Of a stretch of DNA of 64,000 bases, positions 62,596 to 64,000 are shown in pieces (positions within the stretch are counted from its first letter, which is position 1; each line of letters starts with the position of its first letter). The position numbers were made by a program, and so were the translations under genes. Source of the stretch: Octopus sinensis. Taxonomy: Eukaryota. The notes beneath the pieces were generated by a model. The model did not search any database, was not told the origin of the DNA, and saw only the letters and a list, made by a program, of their open reading frames with translations. The stretch is from contig NC_043019.1 in assembly GCF_006345805.1 (NCBI RefSeq), forward strand, positions 15,065,360 to 15,129,359, read 5' to 3'.

Positions 62596-63299
62596 TATAT
62601 ATATATATATTTTGTTGTTAAAATTCCAGCGACAAGGATTAACTCTGGATTCCTCCCCTCCCTCCTCAGTATACTCTCTCTCTTTTTACTCTTTTACTTG
62701 TTTCAGTCATTTGACTGTGGCCATGCTGGAGTACCGCCTTGTCGAGCAGATCGACCCCAGAACTTATTCTTTGTAAGCCTAGTACTTATTCTATCGGTCT
62801 CTTTTGCCGAACCATTAAGTTACAGGGACGTAAACACACCAGCATCGATTGTCAAGCAATTTTGGGGGGGACAAACACAGCCACACAAACATATATACAC
62901 ACGACCGTGGCCGATGCCAGCCTCGCCTGGCACCAGTGCAGGTGGCACGTAAAAAGCACCCACTACACTCACAGAGTGGTTGGCGTTAGGAAGGGCATCC
63001 AGCTGTAGAAACGTTGCCAGATAAGACTGGAGCCTGGTGCAGCCTTCTGGCTTCCCAGATCCCTGGTCGAACCGTCCAACCCATGCTAGCATGAAGAACA
63101 GACGTTAAACAATGATGATGATACGACGGGCTTCTTTCAGTTTCCATCTACCAAATCCACTCACAAGGCTTTGGTCGGCTCGAGGCTATAGTAGAAGACA
63201 CTTGCCCAAGGTGCTACGCAGTGGGACTGAACCCGGAACCATGTGGTTTGTAAGCAAGCTACTTACCACACAGCCACTCCTACGCCTTGTTCATGAATT

Positions 63300-63870
63300 T
63301 AGATTTGCAATATTATCCCTTTATTTCCCATCATAGATGGGCAGATTCCTAAAAAGATTCCGCTCACACATTCACAGCAAACAAGGCACAGGACCAGACT
63401 TTAGGTTGTGTGGGTGTATTTTTACCTACTCCGACATTTACACATGGTCAGTTTTACGTCACAATGAGAAGAGCAACAGATGCCAATAATTTGGAAACGG
63501 AAAATATTGTCTACAAAGAAGTTTTGTAATTGTATTGATATTATCGAAAGGAATATGTTCCACTTCCTGATGTTTCTTGATGCTTCTTTCTTCCAACCAC
63601 TTCCATCAGGCTTGACATCAGTATCATTCTTCTTCTTCTTCCTCCGTTTCTTTTCCCTTCAATCTTTCCGGTCATTGTTAAATTCTCCAGGTCCTCTTTC
63701 CTCATCACGTGACCAAGAAACCTCAGTTGCTTGGCTCTTATCTCACAAAGCAGTTTCCTATTTACCACCACAGCCGGGATCATCACTTCTTCTTTAAACA
63801 CTTTGTCAGTCCATCCCATCCTCAATATCTTCCTTATATACACACTGAAAAGTCCTTGGTTTTGGATAAA
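63300..63870 (-). mobile_element. RTE-BovB-like LINE 3' fragment
   Basis: RKILRMGWTDKVFKEEV...RKLLCEIRAKQLRFLGHVMRKEDLENLTMTGKIEGKRNGGRRR; the 3' UTR boundary is approximate. Confidence 0.85.
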
Positions 63871-63892
63871 AGAAAATACAGGAGGATCACTT

Positions 63893-64000
63893 AATTATGA
63901 TTTTATTCAACATATTCCCCTCTCAGATTCACACACTTATTGCAGCAGCCCTTCAGTTTTTCTGAGTCCTGTAAAAGAACTCAGAAGGTTGGGCCTCCAG
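63893..64000 (-). mobile_element. mariner transposase C-terminal remnant
   Basis: LEAQPSEFFY...KKLKGCCNKCVNLRGEYVE*. Confidence 0.7.

Overview
AT-rich, microsatellite-dense eukaryotic DNA. The tRNA-headed SINEs, RTE/Dong/Tx1 LINE remnants and (TA)n/(CA)n/(TAA)n/(GAT)n density suggest a cephalopod, probably Octopus (inference; no search run). I find no protein-coding gene, rRNA, true tRNA or CRISPR array that I can support, so the window looks intronic or intergenic. Nearly all listed ORFs are simple-repeat artefacts or transposon fragments. Repeats identified: 3' ends of RTE, R4/Dong-like and Tx1/L1-like LINEs; several SINE families; a piggyBac deletion derivative with TTAA MITEs; a DD37D (maT) transposase remnant; a fold-back mariner; a hAT/Charlie-like element; and a 122-bp higher-order minisatellite. 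The main unexpected signal, read by eye, is a set of minimal hammerhead ribozyme (HHR) motifs: about ten copies from at least seven dissimilar sequence families. Each follows helix I - CUGANGA-like core - helix II - GAAA - palindromic mini-helix III - NUH - helix I'. This is the architecture described for Penelope-like elements (PLEs). One family sits in the 3' body of a tRNA-headed SINE, and two families occur as inverted pairs forming long hairpins. Activity, and the PLE link, are inferred and untested.
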